Positions 37,135-53,608 of a DNA stretch of 64,000 nucleotides are shown one piece after another. Position 1 is the first letter of the stretch. Every line of letters begins with the position of its first letter. The notes under the pieces are model-generated. The model searched no databases and was not told the DNA's origin. It saw nothing but the letters and a program-made list of their open reading frames with translations. The DNA comes from the human T2T-CHM13v2.0 reference genome, Homo sapiens: assembly GCF_009914755.1 (NCBI RefSeq), contig NC_060940.1. The stretch is one strand, 5' to 3'. The translations under genes and the position numbers were made by a program.

Positions 37135-38001
37135 AAAATAAAGTTTGCATTTAATTGGTTTTGCTCATGGATCTCAGCGTTTAAAAAAACTCCCTTTGAA
37201 GTTGAATTATTTAAACTGTCAGCAAACAATTGATGAAAATACATTTTATTAGTTTGATAATTAAGCCAAAGGTAAAATTTTATTGGAAACGCATTTTTAA
37301 GAGTGATGAACAAAGCTTTAAAATATATTAGTTTATTTATCCTTAAAATAATATGCATTCTTGCTAGAATGAGACAGTATCCAGGCATACAGTCTACTCT
37401 TACTTTTCATTTTCATAGATGTAAATGCTAAGAAATCTTGCTCATGTGAAAAGGCAGATTAGAATGAAAAAAGGTTTATTACAGCAAGGATTCTCAGTTT
37501 TTTGAACCCCTCTGTAGTCAAATATAAAAAAATCACAGTTACTTATCAACAAAAATAACTTTCAGTGCTCTATCCATTAGGTCTTCTTCCTTTAAGCTGT
37601 TCAAAGTAAGCAGCTGGAAAGCCCCTGAGTTGTAAAAGGATGCATAATCAATTCATTAGACCCATTTGCTTCTCAATTTTTGAGAAGTAAACCAAAGGCA
37701 TTACAAACGTTTATCAAATAACTATAAGCACCACTAAAAAAATAACTATTAGCTATACCAATTACTCTTCATTTAGAGGCACCTCATTTAATCAAGTAAA
37801 AGTAGGCTAATAAAGGGTTTGAGAAATCTTTTTATTGTATCTTTGCCAATAATATACGGTTTAATAAAATATTTCTACTTTTTTTATGCTTTAATATATT
37901 TTGATCAAAATATTCCTGGAAATGTAATATTAAGAAACTATTCTTAGTTTTTTAGGTGTGATGAACATGTTGTGATTATGTATTTTTGAAAACAAATCTT
38001 T

Positions 38002-38303
38002 AGGTGGACACAGTGGCTGGCACCTGTAATTCCAGCTACTCAGGAGGCTGAGGTGGGAGGATTACTTGAGCCTAGGGGTTCAAGACCAGCCTGAGCAATA
38101 TAGTGAGATCCTATCTCCAACAACAATTTTAAAAAGTTAGTCAGGCATGGTGGCATGCATCCATAGTCCCGGCTACTCAGGAGGCTGAGGCAGGAGGACT
38201 GCTTGCGGCCAGGAGCTCAAAGCTGCAGTGAGCTATGATCGTACCACTGCACTTCGGCCTGGGTGACAGAGTGAGAGTCCATCTCCTGAAAAAAAAAAAA
38301 AAA
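38002..38303 (+). mobile_element. AluJ
   Basis: Dimer with A tail. Confidence 0.85.
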
Positions 38304-39545
38304 AGCCTTATCTCTTAAGGATATATGTTGAAATATTTATAGATTCAAAATGTCCAAGGTGTAAAAAAAGGAAAATGGAAGAAAAGTTGTGGATGAAAAA
38401 ATAACTGGGTATGAGCTGGTAACTGCTGAAGCTGGGTGACAGGTACATTCTATTAGAAGCATACTCACTGTCTCATTCAGCTATCTTTCTACATGTTTGA
38501 AATGTTCCATAATAAAATGTAAGGAGTTGGGGTTGGAGCCAAGATGGCCAAATAGGAACGGCTCCAGCCTACAGCTCCCACTGTGAGTGACGTAGAAGAC
38601 GGGTGATTTCTGCATTTCCAACTGAGGTACCGGGTACATCTCACTGGGGAATGCCGGACAGTGGGTGCAGCGCACCGTGTGTGAGCAAAAGCAGGGCGAG
38701 GCATCGCCTCACCTGGGAAGCGCAAGGGGTCAGGGAATTCCCTTTCCTAGTCAAAGAAAGGGGTGACAGATGGCACCTGGAAAAACGGGTCACTCCCACC
38801 CTAATACTGTGCTTTTCCAACGGGCTTAACAAACCGCACACCAGGAGATTACATCCTGCACCTGGCTCGGAGGGTCCTATGCCCACAAAGCCTCACTCAC
38901 TGCTAGCACAGCAGTCTGAGATCAAACGGTAAGGCCACAGCGAGGCTGGGGTAGGGGCGCCTGCCATTGCTCAGGCTTGAGTAGGTAAACAAAGCGTCCT
39001 GGAAGCTCAAACTGGGTGGAGGCCACCACAGCTCAAGGAGGCCTGCCTGCCTGCCTCTGTAGGCTCCACCGCTGGGGGCAGGGCACAGACAAACAAAAGA
39101 CAGCAATAACCTCTGCAGACTTAAATATCTCTGTCTGACAGCTTTGAAGAGAGTAGTGGTTCTCCAGGCATGCAGCTTGAGATCTGAGAACAGGCAGACT
39201 GCCTCCTCAAGTGGGTCCCTGACTCCTGAGTAGCCTAACTGGGAGGCACCCCCCAGTAGGGGTGGACTGATACCTCACATGGCCGGGTACTCCTCTGAGA
39301 CAAAACTTCAGAGGAATGATCAGGCAGCAGCATTTGCGGCTCACCAATATTCGCTGTTCTGCAGCCACTGCTGCTGATACCCAGGCAAACAGGGTCTGGA
39401 GTGGACCTCTAGTAAATTCCAACAGACCTGCAGATGAGGGTCCTGACTGTTAGAAGGGAAACTAACAAACAGAATGGACATCCACACAAAAAACTCATCT
39501 ATACGTCACCATCATCAAAGACCAAAGGTAGATAAAACCACAAAG

Positions 39546-40562
39546 ATGTGGATAAAACAGAACAGAAAAACTAGAAACTCTAAAAATCAGAGCACCTCTC
39601 CTCCTCCAAAGGAATGCAGCTCCTCATCAGCAATGGAACAAAGCTGGATGGAGAATGACTTTGACGAGTTGAGAGAGGAAGGCTTCAGAAGATCAAACTA
39701 CTCCGAGCTAAATGAGGAAGTTTGAACCAATGGCAAAGAAGCTCAAAACTTTGAAAAAAAATTAGACGAATGGATAACTAGAATAAACAATGCAGAGAAG
39801 CCCTTAAAGGACCTGACAGAGCTGAAAACCACGGCACGAGAACTACGTGACGAATGCACAAGCCTCAGTAACCGATGCGATGAACTGGAAGAAAGGGTAT
39901 GAGCGATGGAAGACGAAATGAATGAAATGAAGCGTGAATAGAAGTTTAGAGAAAAAAGAATAGAAAGAAACGAGCAAAGCCTCCAAGAAATATGGGACTA
40001 TGTGAAAAGATCAAATCTACGTCTAACTGGTGTACTTGAAAGTGATGGGGAGAATGGAACCAAGTTGGAAAACACCCTGCAGGATATTATCCAGGAGAAC
40101 TTCCCCGATCTAGCAAGGCAGGCCAACACTGAAATTCAGGAAATACAGAGAACACCACAAAGATACTCCTCGAGAACAGCAACTCCAAGACACATAATTG
40201 TCAGATTCACCAAAGTTGAAATGAAAGAAAAAATGTTAAGGACAGCCAGAGAGAAAGGTCGGGTAACCCACAAAGGGAAGGCCATCAGACTAACAGCTGA
40301 TCTCTCGGCAGAAACTCTACAAGCCAGAAGAGAGTGGGGGCCAATATTCAACATTCTTAAAGAAAAGAATTTTCAACCCAGATTTTCAAATCCAGCAAAA
40401 CTAAGCTTCATAAGTGAAGGAGAAATAAAATACTTTACAGACAAGCAAATGCTGAGAGATTTTGTCACCACCAGGCCTGCCCTAAAAGAGCTCCTGAAGG
40501 AAGCACTAAACATGGAAAGGAACAACCGGTATCAGCCACTGCAAAAACAAGCCAAACTGTAA
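39546..40562 (+). pseudogene. L1 ORF1p remnant (338 codons, three nonsense codons)
   Basis: Frame is preserved from ATG 39546 to TAA 40562, with stops at 39723, 39900 and 39939. Confidence 0.9.
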
Positions 40563-40625
40563 AGACCATGAAGGTTAGGAAGAAACTGCATCAACTAACG
40601 AGCAAAATAACCAGCTAACATCATA

Positions 40626-44511
<3,886 letters not shown>

Positions 44512-46003
44512 ACAAAGAGAACACATGGACAGAGGAAGGGGAACATCACATACCGGGGACTGCTTTGGGGTGGCGGGATGGGGGAGCGATAGCATTAGGA
44601 GATATACCTAATCTAAATGACGAGTTAATGGGTGCAGCACACCAACATGGCACATGTATACATATGTGACAAATCTGCACGTTGTGCACATGTACCCTAA
44701 AACTTAAAGTATAATAATAATAAAATAAATAAAATAAAATGTAAGGAAAAAACAAAAAGAAATTTAGAACTGCTGATCTAGTTCATTCAATTTACAGAAA
44801 ATATCTGCCATATAACGTAATTCACAAAGCCAGTCCTTCCTATAAAAGCTGTTTCCAAATGAAAGTCATTTTCTGCGAGAATGAGTGTGACCTTGTTTTT
44901 TATTTTCAATTCAAATAAATGTGCTAATATGTGTTTCAAGGAATATTATAAAAACTGCTGAGAAATGACTCAATGTATATTGTAGGACACATTGTTAAAA
45001 GCAGTCAAGAGTACAATAATGTAAATCAGATAAAACTGATTTATCTACTTTTATAAAATAGGTTATAAAAATAAGATTGTAAAGCAACATGCTATTTCTC
45101 ATTAATTAACTTACAGCAATGCAATATAATGCAGCTAAAATAATTTATGTTACAAGAAATATGATAAAAGATGTAATAGCTCTTCAGTAAATTTATGTGC
45201 ATAGTCAACTCTGGGGTCTGGCTTTTGGAGTACTTAGTGTATTGAAAAAAGAATAACACTATGCCTTTCTCATTTTATTAAACATGACAAACTTTTCCTA
45301 TGAATTTAATAAAAGAAAAAGGTATATACTGTAAAAAATTATTTGGCTCAGAAGCCAACATGTAAATTTATATATTAGGTGATAGTATTATTACATTAAC
45401 AGGATACAGAAAATAGTAAAAATAAAATTTCATAAGATAAAATAAGATGCTTCACTTTAAATGGAATTTTCTTGATATGATTTTATAAAATATGCTACAT
45501 TATAGAAAAAGATACCAAATATACAACAAATTATGCAAAAGCTTTATCTACGAATTTGATGGTCCTAGAGAATATTCCAGTCACATCTGCAACAATCATT
45601 TTACCTTCCAAAATCACTTTGGCATGAAAGTTACCTTCTTTCCAATTAATGATCTGTCCTGGGATACAGTGCTAAGAACAGTTATAAGATCTGCTTTTTG
45701 GAAATTGGTTTTTCTTACAGATGCTCTCTTTTCTTTGCTCTCCCAAGGGTCTCTCTCAACAATAATGGATTTTTTGACAATACTCACGTAATGAAATGGC
45801 AAAGTCATTAAAACAAAAACTGTCATGCTACCACAACCCCACTCCAGTGCATCCGAATTCAGAATACATCAACATGGACCATGATGTCTGCTTTTGTATG
45901 CAAGCTTCATGTTAAGAGAAATGTACATTAAAAAAAAAAAAAAAAGAAAAACTGGAAGTTCTATTAGTTTGAGATATCTTAGTTAATTATAAGAGATTCC
46001 CCA

Positions 46004-46091
46004 GGCCGGGCGCGGTGGCTCTTCCTGTAATCCCAGCACTTTGGGAGAGCGAGACTCCGTCTCAGAAAAAAAAAAAAAAAAAAAAAAAAAA
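46004..46091 (+). mobile_element. Collapsed mini-Alu (about 60-nt body + A tail)
   Basis: Alu 5' 44 nt fused to the last 16-18 nt; TSD-like agattcccca / agatttccccca. Confidence 0.85.
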
Positions 46092-46357
46092 GATTTCCCC
46101 CACGTTTGATATCTATGGGTTTTCACATCCCAGCAAATCACCATTAGTAAGATTTAGGAAATGTAAGGAAGACAGCATTCTCATGTGAAGGAGAAAGTTA
46201 TAGTGAAAACAGGTACACTCTCAGGCACATGAATTTTAGCTAAGAACACCTATGAAGCCTGAGATTCTAGAAGTTGACATGCTTAAAATGATCTGTATTT
46301 CCATATTTCTTTGCAAGTCTTTACTTATGATAAAGTAAACAAACACAGGCTAGCACA

Positions 46358-46680
46358 TTGTGTTTTCAAAGATGGTCACATTATTTCCCATCTCACATGC
46401 TCTTTTGCATTCAATTTTGCCGTGCCTATATCAGGAGGTAGAGTCTATCATCTACTAACTCCACTTAATCTTAGCTAGTCCCATGACCTATTTTGACCAA
46501 GAGAATATAAAAGAAATGACACTTGTTTAACTTCCAGGATTGGATCTTAAGAGACATGCAGTTTCTGCCTATGTTTCATGGAATGCTTTTGAAAAGCACC
46601 CATTATGCTACAATGAAGTCCAAGCTAGCCATGGAGAGAGAGGTGGAGGCCATATGAAGGAGCACCACCAAAGGCCCCCT
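46358..46680 (+). mobile_element. MLT1-like LTR fragment
   Basis: aagatggtcac...ggaggtagagtctat...ttgaccaagagaat...aagtccaagctagccatggagag motifs (by eye). Confidence 0.55.
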
Positions 46681-47678
46681 GTGACTTGTACCCCTTGTAC
46701 CCCTGTGATGGTACAAGAACGAAGGCAAAAGCACAGCCTTTAGAACTTGGAAGATCCAGATTCAATTCCCAGATTTAGCATTTATTTACGTATTTGTGAG
46801 CCTGTGGTAGTCACTTAATCTTTGAATTAGACTCTTAAGTCACTGTTAGCCACACAAGCTATCTGTTGTAAGAAAGAAAAAAAAAAGAGGCAACTGATGT
46901 TAAGTGCCAACCCCAGACTTACTTGATAAACATTTAATGAAACAACAACAAGCTTGCTTGAGATACTCTTTGTTCTCTTATTTCCCTATCCAACTCTGAG
47001 CCTCCAAAGGGACAGATAAGCTGTACAATTCCGTGGTGTGCCTCCCCAGCAAGATACACAGAAGACTGGGAAAAGCATCACTAGAGAACAAAGTCACCCT
47101 GGTAAATTCCTCATGAATCACTCACTCTGGGCTTCAATGAGAACTCAAAGGTGCAGTTCTGGATAAATCTTAAGGACCTCTCAGCAATAATGTCTCAGGT
47201 ACATAAGAGAAAATACGAAGATTTCTTACATAAGAGAAAACATGAAGATTTCTTTCAGTCATGTTTTATTATACTTTGTCCCAATGTTTCTACCTTCCTA
47301 GGGGGTGCAACAGTAAGACTACACCTAAGAGACAGCACTGACTACTAATACAGGCAAATACAGTGGAAGAACAGGCAGTCTGAAAAGAAGCACGCGTCCC
47401 ACAGTTGAACGCACACCTCCAGTCAGGACTACTGTGAAACTCACTCAGGAGCTAGAACTCAGAGCTTAGGCCTCCAGACTGATAAAAATCAAGTATTTGT
47501 AAGGCATTTTCAACAGTGTATACACTTTGAAAAAATGCAACTAGAATCTAATGAAAGAGGACTTAATCTATATTTTCAGAAATTATGATTCTGATTCATT
47601 TCACCCTAAATTGAAATGGTAATAGATACTAATCTTACTCAAAGCCTGCTATATACATGGATTTTTCAACTATACTGG

Positions 47679-47985
47679 TTTTTTCTTTTTTTTTTTTTGA
47701 GATAGCGTCTCACTCTGTTGCCCAGGCTACAGTGCAGTGGTGCAATCACGGCTCACTGCAGCCTGGACCTTCCTGGATCAACAATCTTCTCACCTTAGCC
47801 TCCCAAGCAGCTGGGACCAGAGGAGTGCACCATCATGCTCGATTAATTTTTTCTTTTTCTTTGTATGTAGAGATGGGGTCTCCCTGTGTTACCCAGGCTG
47901 GTCTTGAACTCCTGGGCTCAGGTGATCCTCTTGCCTCATCCTCCCAAAGTGTTGGGATTACTGGCATGAGTCACTGCCCCTAGCC
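47679..47985 (-). mobile_element. AluJ
   Basis: Reverse-complement dimer. Confidence 0.88.
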
Positions 47986-48334
47986 TATACTAGTTTTAAT
48001 ACATACACAGGTATTAACAGTAATGAAATAAAGCAAAATGGTTTCTCCCCAAACAAGGAAACAAAGTTTTAATACATTCCAATAAAAGGAAATGTTACTA
48101 TCAATTTTTTTTGCACAGAAACTGTAACACTATACTTTTCTCAAAAGAAGATGATCTTTCTGAATTACAAATATACATCTAAAAATTATTAAGATTTAAC
48201 TAAAAGGTGAGTAAATTTTGATAACATCTTAAAACCATTTACTTAGAAACAAACAATTTCACTTAAATATAATACTACCAATCAGAACATAAAATAAAGC
48301 AGTATAAGTCACCAAGAAATCTGAGGTAATTAAC

Positions 48335-48453
48335 TTTTAAATTTTTATTTATTTATTTATTTTGAGACAGAGTTTCACTCTGCTGTCGCCCAGGCTGAAG
48401 TGCAGTGGTGTGATCTTGGCTCACTGCAACCTCTGCCTCCCAGGTTCAAGCAA
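48335..48453 (-). mobile_element. 5'-truncated Alu (right-arm 3' part)
   Basis: TSD aaatctgaggtaatt at 48317-48331 and 48454-48468. Confidence 0.88.
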
Positions 48454-49426
48454 AAATCTGAGGTAATTTAATTGACCCCTCCATCACATCTGGTGGGACT
48501 ATAGGAAATAAAATTATAGACCCTTAAGAAATGAACATGCCACTTGAAATAACCACCATATAAGTCATCTGCTAAAAGTTTTTCACTGTTTCTGCAGTTT
48601 AACTTTGAAAAGAAAAAGGTTAGGGTGAGAAACACTGGGAAAAGAAATTAATGTATCTCTAATAGCACAGTTCCTTTAGGAAAAGAGAAAAGTTAGAAAA
48701 CTGATGTAACGTTTCCATGGAAATACTGATTAGAAAAAAATACCTGATCTCTCAGATTTTAATAGATTCCTTTTAACAATAGTATTAAAAATATGAATGT
48801 TGTATGGGATGAGAGGGAGGGTGCTGCCAGGGGAATCTGAAGAAAATATAAATGATCTCAAAGTTATCTTTTTTTGTTATGGGTATTAACGCTGATTACA
48901 AAGTCAAAAGCTGCCTTGAGTATTATTTGGTTTTATTTTGTGTTATAAACCTCATCATAATTTTCATATTCTTACTAAACAATAGATTTAAGTGATACAA
49001 TGTCACACTTCATTAAAACAAATATTTATAATATTTTCTGTAATGTATCAGCAAACAAACAAAATCAACAGTAAAACTGAAGGGTGATTTAATAAATCAG
49101 TCATTGGTTATAATGTGAGAAAATATGAAAGGCTAAATGGAAAAATGCAGATTTATTTCTTCTGGATTGATAGTAGCTGACTACATTTAAATAGAGAATA
49201 CAGTTTTTTTGATAATGGAGGGGCAAAATCTACCCACACAACAGTTAAAAATGATTGCTTTCAGTGCTACTTATACCACATTCAATATTTTCATGCGATC
49301 ACTTGTGATGTAAACAGTGTACGGCAAAGTATATATCTGTCACATACCTACATTAATATCTCCAAGTATACAACTTGGGCCTGACCCAGAACGTATTTGA
49401 ACTCAGTACGTGAGTCAGAAAATTTT

Positions 49427-49444
49427 TTTTTTTTTTTTTTTTTT
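49427..49444 (-). mobile_element. Solo poly(A) retro-insertion
   Basis: About 18 T flanked by a 16-bp TSD tgagtcagaaaatttt; TT/AAAA endonuclease site on the minus strand. Confidence 0.85.
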
Positions 49445-51186
49445 TGAGTCAGAAAATTTTAACAGACCAACATTATATTTGGTTTTGACTAAAATTACAG
49501 GTACAAGTGTTTTCACTTCAACATTAAAAACAATATTCTGAATGAGTATGCAACATCAGTTTCCAATGTCCTCTTATAGAAAATGCTCATTATCAATAAC
49601 GTCACATCACTGCAGAAGCTGCTGTGACACTTAACAGCTAGGTGTTATTTCTAAGTAATATGGCACATTATTACATTATTTCAAGTCATTATAAGTGAAG
49701 TTGAAGCTCAAACTGAAGTCTCACCTTTGACCATTTAACACACTTCAATTACCTCCTGAACCTCATTAGATGCAGTGAGTGCCCTTCCTGTCCCTGTTAG
49801 ATAACCCCACTGTACCAATTATAAGGAATTCTTCTGCTTATCACCACTGCTGTTTAGACTGATCATCTGCACCTTTAGTCCAGCCAAACTGGTTGTGCTA
49901 TCTCAGATTTGCATGTCTGCACTAAGCCAGGTTATAGCAAGGGCTTTCTGCTATAATTCTACAGAAGCATTTCACACTGAATTTAAAGATCATTGCATGC
50001 TTCCCAAACCAAAGCGCTGGTCAAATTCAATTAAAGATAATCTTGGGTTTGGCATATCCATAAAGCATAATATTTAAGTTGTAAAAGGTAGATTTCTTGA
50101 TAAATAAAAGATTAGGCTGCCAATCAAGGTCACGTGAATAACCCAAAATGTCAATGCTGATGACTTTTTCACTTACTCACCTATGTACATATCTTATCTG
50201 TTGTTTATAAAACTGACATTGCTTAAACGTAGTTTTCATATTTTAGTAACATATTAATATTTGCTGCCACAGGGGCATATTCAGCTTTCTGTTGTCTGAA
50301 CCATGATATTGTTAGACTACAGTCATTCTAAACAATGCAAATTTCTGTCAGCTTATATATCTTCAAACTGGCATCAGGACAAATCTTAGATGCAAACTTA
50401 TCACTTAGATATGGTTAGCTACTATTGTTTAATTTGTAACTGAGGTTCAAATGACAGATATCCTAAAATACCAGAGTATTATTACTCTAGTATATTGGAC
50501 CAGAATATAACATATAAAAAATAAAGTTGGACATGTCTTCAGGCATAATGTTTTAAAATCTGAACTTGTTCATGAAGCAGAGAAAAAAAAATCTAATATA
50601 GAATTAAGAACAAATAAAGAAGCTATGGCACAATTCCATAATATTCTAAATAGTTTTCTCGCAGATTAAGTAAAAAATCTGTACAGGTAATAGAAGTTTT
50701 ATTAATACTTTGTGAATTATCAACAATAGCTGTTTCACTTTCAATTTCTAAAGGTCAAACTACATCAGATTAAAGATATTCCAATTATTTCCCTGACTAA
50801 AGTGAAGTTACCACAAAATAAAACAGGCCAGAAGTCACCATCACATCCTCAATCACATGCCTGCCTTTGAAGAGAGGAAAAGAAAGGACAGGGTTTTCTG
50901 AGCAGTCCCCATTTGCTGTGGAAGGAGCGGAGTGGTGGTGGGGAGTGGACTGTGTTTTCCCTGCACCCCACCTGCACTCAATTCCTCTTGGATACGGCCA
51001 CAAAAGCAAATCAGGATCTCCTTCCAATTTGTCTCTAAAGCAAGACTCTCTTCAAGATATTTTTCAAATTTTGGAGAAAAAAACAGGTTTCTCATTCAGG
51101 ATTCACAATAATTATTTCAAAGTTCACTATTACTAGCATCAAAGCACCCATATTCTTTATTAAAAACCTACAGAAAAAGTAATAGG

Positions 51187-51279
51187 TGATCTCCCATCCA
51201 AGCACTAACCAGGTCTGACCTTGGTTAGCTTCCGAGATCAGAAGAGATGGGGCGCGTTCAGGGTGGTATGGCTGTAAAC
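51187..51279 (-). pseudogene. 5S rRNA retropseudogene, 3'-truncated (about nt 1-95), no poly(A)
   Basis: Reverse complement reads GTTTACAGCCATACCACCCTGAACGCGCCCCATCTCTTCTGATCTCGGAAGCTAACCAAGGTCAGACCTGGTTAGTGCTTGGATGGGAGATCA, matching the 5S rRNA 5' part. 16-bp TSD cagaaaaagtaatagg at 51171-51186 and 51280-51295. Confidence 0.95.
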
Positions 51280-52213
51280 CAGAAAAAGTAATAGGAAATG
51301 TTAAAGTGTCTCTTCAGAATACCTTAAAAATTTTCACAATTTACTCCTCTGCATACCTACAAATCACATTTCAAAAATGAATCATAAAAACAAACTATTT
51401 CTATAAAACACAAAGAGAAAAGTCACTAGAGTTCCAAGTAGCTGGGAAAGACAGATTGATAAGGGTGGTCCTTTGTACTTTCAGAAAGACAAAAAAGTAA
51501 ATAAATGTGTTCTGTACTCTTGAACTAAACTTTACCTTATCAGATACAGAAAAAAAATTAACCGGGTTGAAGGTATCTTATGAAAAGTATCTTGCTATCA
51601 GGAATTCTTGTGCTACGAGACCAGTTCTATTTAAATCCAGAGTAATTACAATGGATATCTTGGAATTGCAAGATTCCAGGCACTTTTCCCTAAGAATTGC
51701 ATACTTAGATAGTAAGAGAGGCCTAGCACACATACTGGTGAAGGACAATGTATTCACTGACAAGTTTCCAGAGCTTAGAGGAGTGCTTATATTACTAGAC
51801 CGTTATTGACTGCTCACTGAACAAATGACAGAAAGAAACAAATCTTATCAATTAAAGTCTAGCAGCTAACATGACTAAGGTACTAAGATAGGGAGGATCC
51901 ACTCAAGACTGCAGGTATCCTCCCTATTTACGTGAAATCTATCCATTTCAAAAACATTTAATGAACCAATATTTAAATGGGGACCCGTAAAGTTTCAATC
52001 TCTAATTTTTCAAAGAGATAAAAGGAGTAAGCTGGCCCTTGGAAAGCAGGTGCAGGCCAAATCCAAACTATTTGAGAAAGCTTATATATATTAACCAAAT
52101 GCCCACTTAAAAATCTTTAAAAACAAGGATTCCAATGAGCTATTTTTTCTCCAATGGTTAAAGTAGAAGCAATATATACGATTAATTACATAGTTATAAC
52201 CATATTTACTCAC

Positions 52214-52288
52214 CCTCCTAATAGTATCTGTGGCTGGTTGGATTCATTTGTGATACCAAAAATATCAGGAATTAGATCACCATTGAAA
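52214..52288 (-). CDS. ITFG1: ITFG1 exon 5 (75 nt, symmetric phase 2-2)
   Basis: Acceptor tttttcag|, donor |gtgagt. Encodes (D)FNGDLIPDIFGITNESNQPQILLG(G). Confidence 0.96.
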
Positions 52289-52375
52289 CTGAAAAAAAAT
52301 TAAAACAATAAGCAGCTATTTCTTTAAATTCTTACTTCTAATTTAGCTTTAAAAGAAGCAGTAACTTTTGGGAAG

Positions 52376-52720
52376 TGTGGTAGACATTACAATGCTCGCC
52401 AGTATCTAGTGATAAGTATTAAGTCAAATGTCAGCACAAGTGACATGTGTCACTTTTAGGCCAAAGTGTATAATTTCTGTTACCAGCCCCTCCAGCCCTC
52501 TCCAGGCTTGCCATGGCAATGAGAAGGCATTGTGATTCAGATGGACTAGCTACAAAGACAGTGGGCTCTCTGATGGCCTGACTCTAAGCAACAGCACAGA
52601 GCAGAGCCTGTTGTTGACCCACACTGGACATATAGTAAGAGCAAGAAATAAATTCGTTTTGTGAGATTTTGGGTATCTCTGTAATCTTTGCATTATCTAG
52701 ACTACCCTTGAATGATAAGG
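52376..52720 (+). mobile_element. MLT1-like LTR fragment
   Basis: tgtggtagac start; aagtgacatgtgtcactt and aagaaataaatt...gagattttggg motifs. Confidence 0.5.
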
Positions 52721-53550
52721 ATACAGCACTAATTCCTAGAAACTTACTTCAGAATCCTAAGCCAACTTGTTTACTTAGATGGGCTTAGGAGAAATAACCT
52801 AGAAAAATAATCCTAGTTGGTATAAAACTTCATACTGGCCATTGAATATTTTAACAACAATGAAAAAATACACAACTATGAAAGAAATCTAGCGGGGCAC
52901 CGTTAAGAAGATTAATCCATGGATTTACAGTTCAGACTTCTAATGGCCACTGACACACTGCTGTATGGGTATGATTTTAATAACTGTAAGAAAGACAGTA
53001 CTGGAAACAAGAATGTGGCCAAACTTTGCTCTAGTCCCGGGAATGATCTCGACCTCTACCAAAATACGCTGTCAGAAATTTGCAAATCCAAATTTACATC
53101 AATTATTTAAATCAATTATGCTGGTACATGAGTCTACAGTGAGAATATAAATGATAACACAAAGCAGGAGTTATATTATAAAAAGAACAAAAATTTCTCC
53201 TTAATATAGGAATCTTTCTAAATTTCTAGAGGAAACTGTATCCTAAATATCAAATATAACAGTTTTACTCAAAAACAGGTATCTTAATTCTTTCAGTAAT
53301 GACAGCATAGATCCATAATGGACACATTTGAAGCGACTGAAATAAAAACACAAATCTCTTCTACTTTCCAAAATAATAAATTTCATTTTTCTTTGTCCTA
53401 TCTGATGGCAAATAAATACAATATAATCAAAGGTACAGGCCTCTGAGTGAATTTAGTATTTTTATTACTAAGCAAAGTAGTTTCCTATGTGAAGATTTTA
53501 TTTTATGTTTAAGTTTAAAATCGTTTCAAAGGAAGCAAGCCCATACTTAC

Positions 53551-53608
53551 TCCATAATTAGTGGCTCATCTTGAAAAGTCCTATTGAGTATGGTCATATT
53601 GTTAGGAT
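53551..53608 (-). CDS. ITFG1: ITFG1 exon 4 (58 nt)
   Basis: Acceptor ttttgcag|, donor |gtaagt. Encodes (D)PNNMTILNRTFQDEPLIM(D). Confidence 0.96.

Noticed and set aside
47200-47253. 27-bp tandem duplication
   Set aside because: An ordinary slippage duplication with no associated feature.
49750-50130. Non-repetitive-looking stretch as a cryptic exon or pseudogene
   Set aside because: No sustained ORF or recognisable protein in the frames examined; it would need a conservation or Dfam search.
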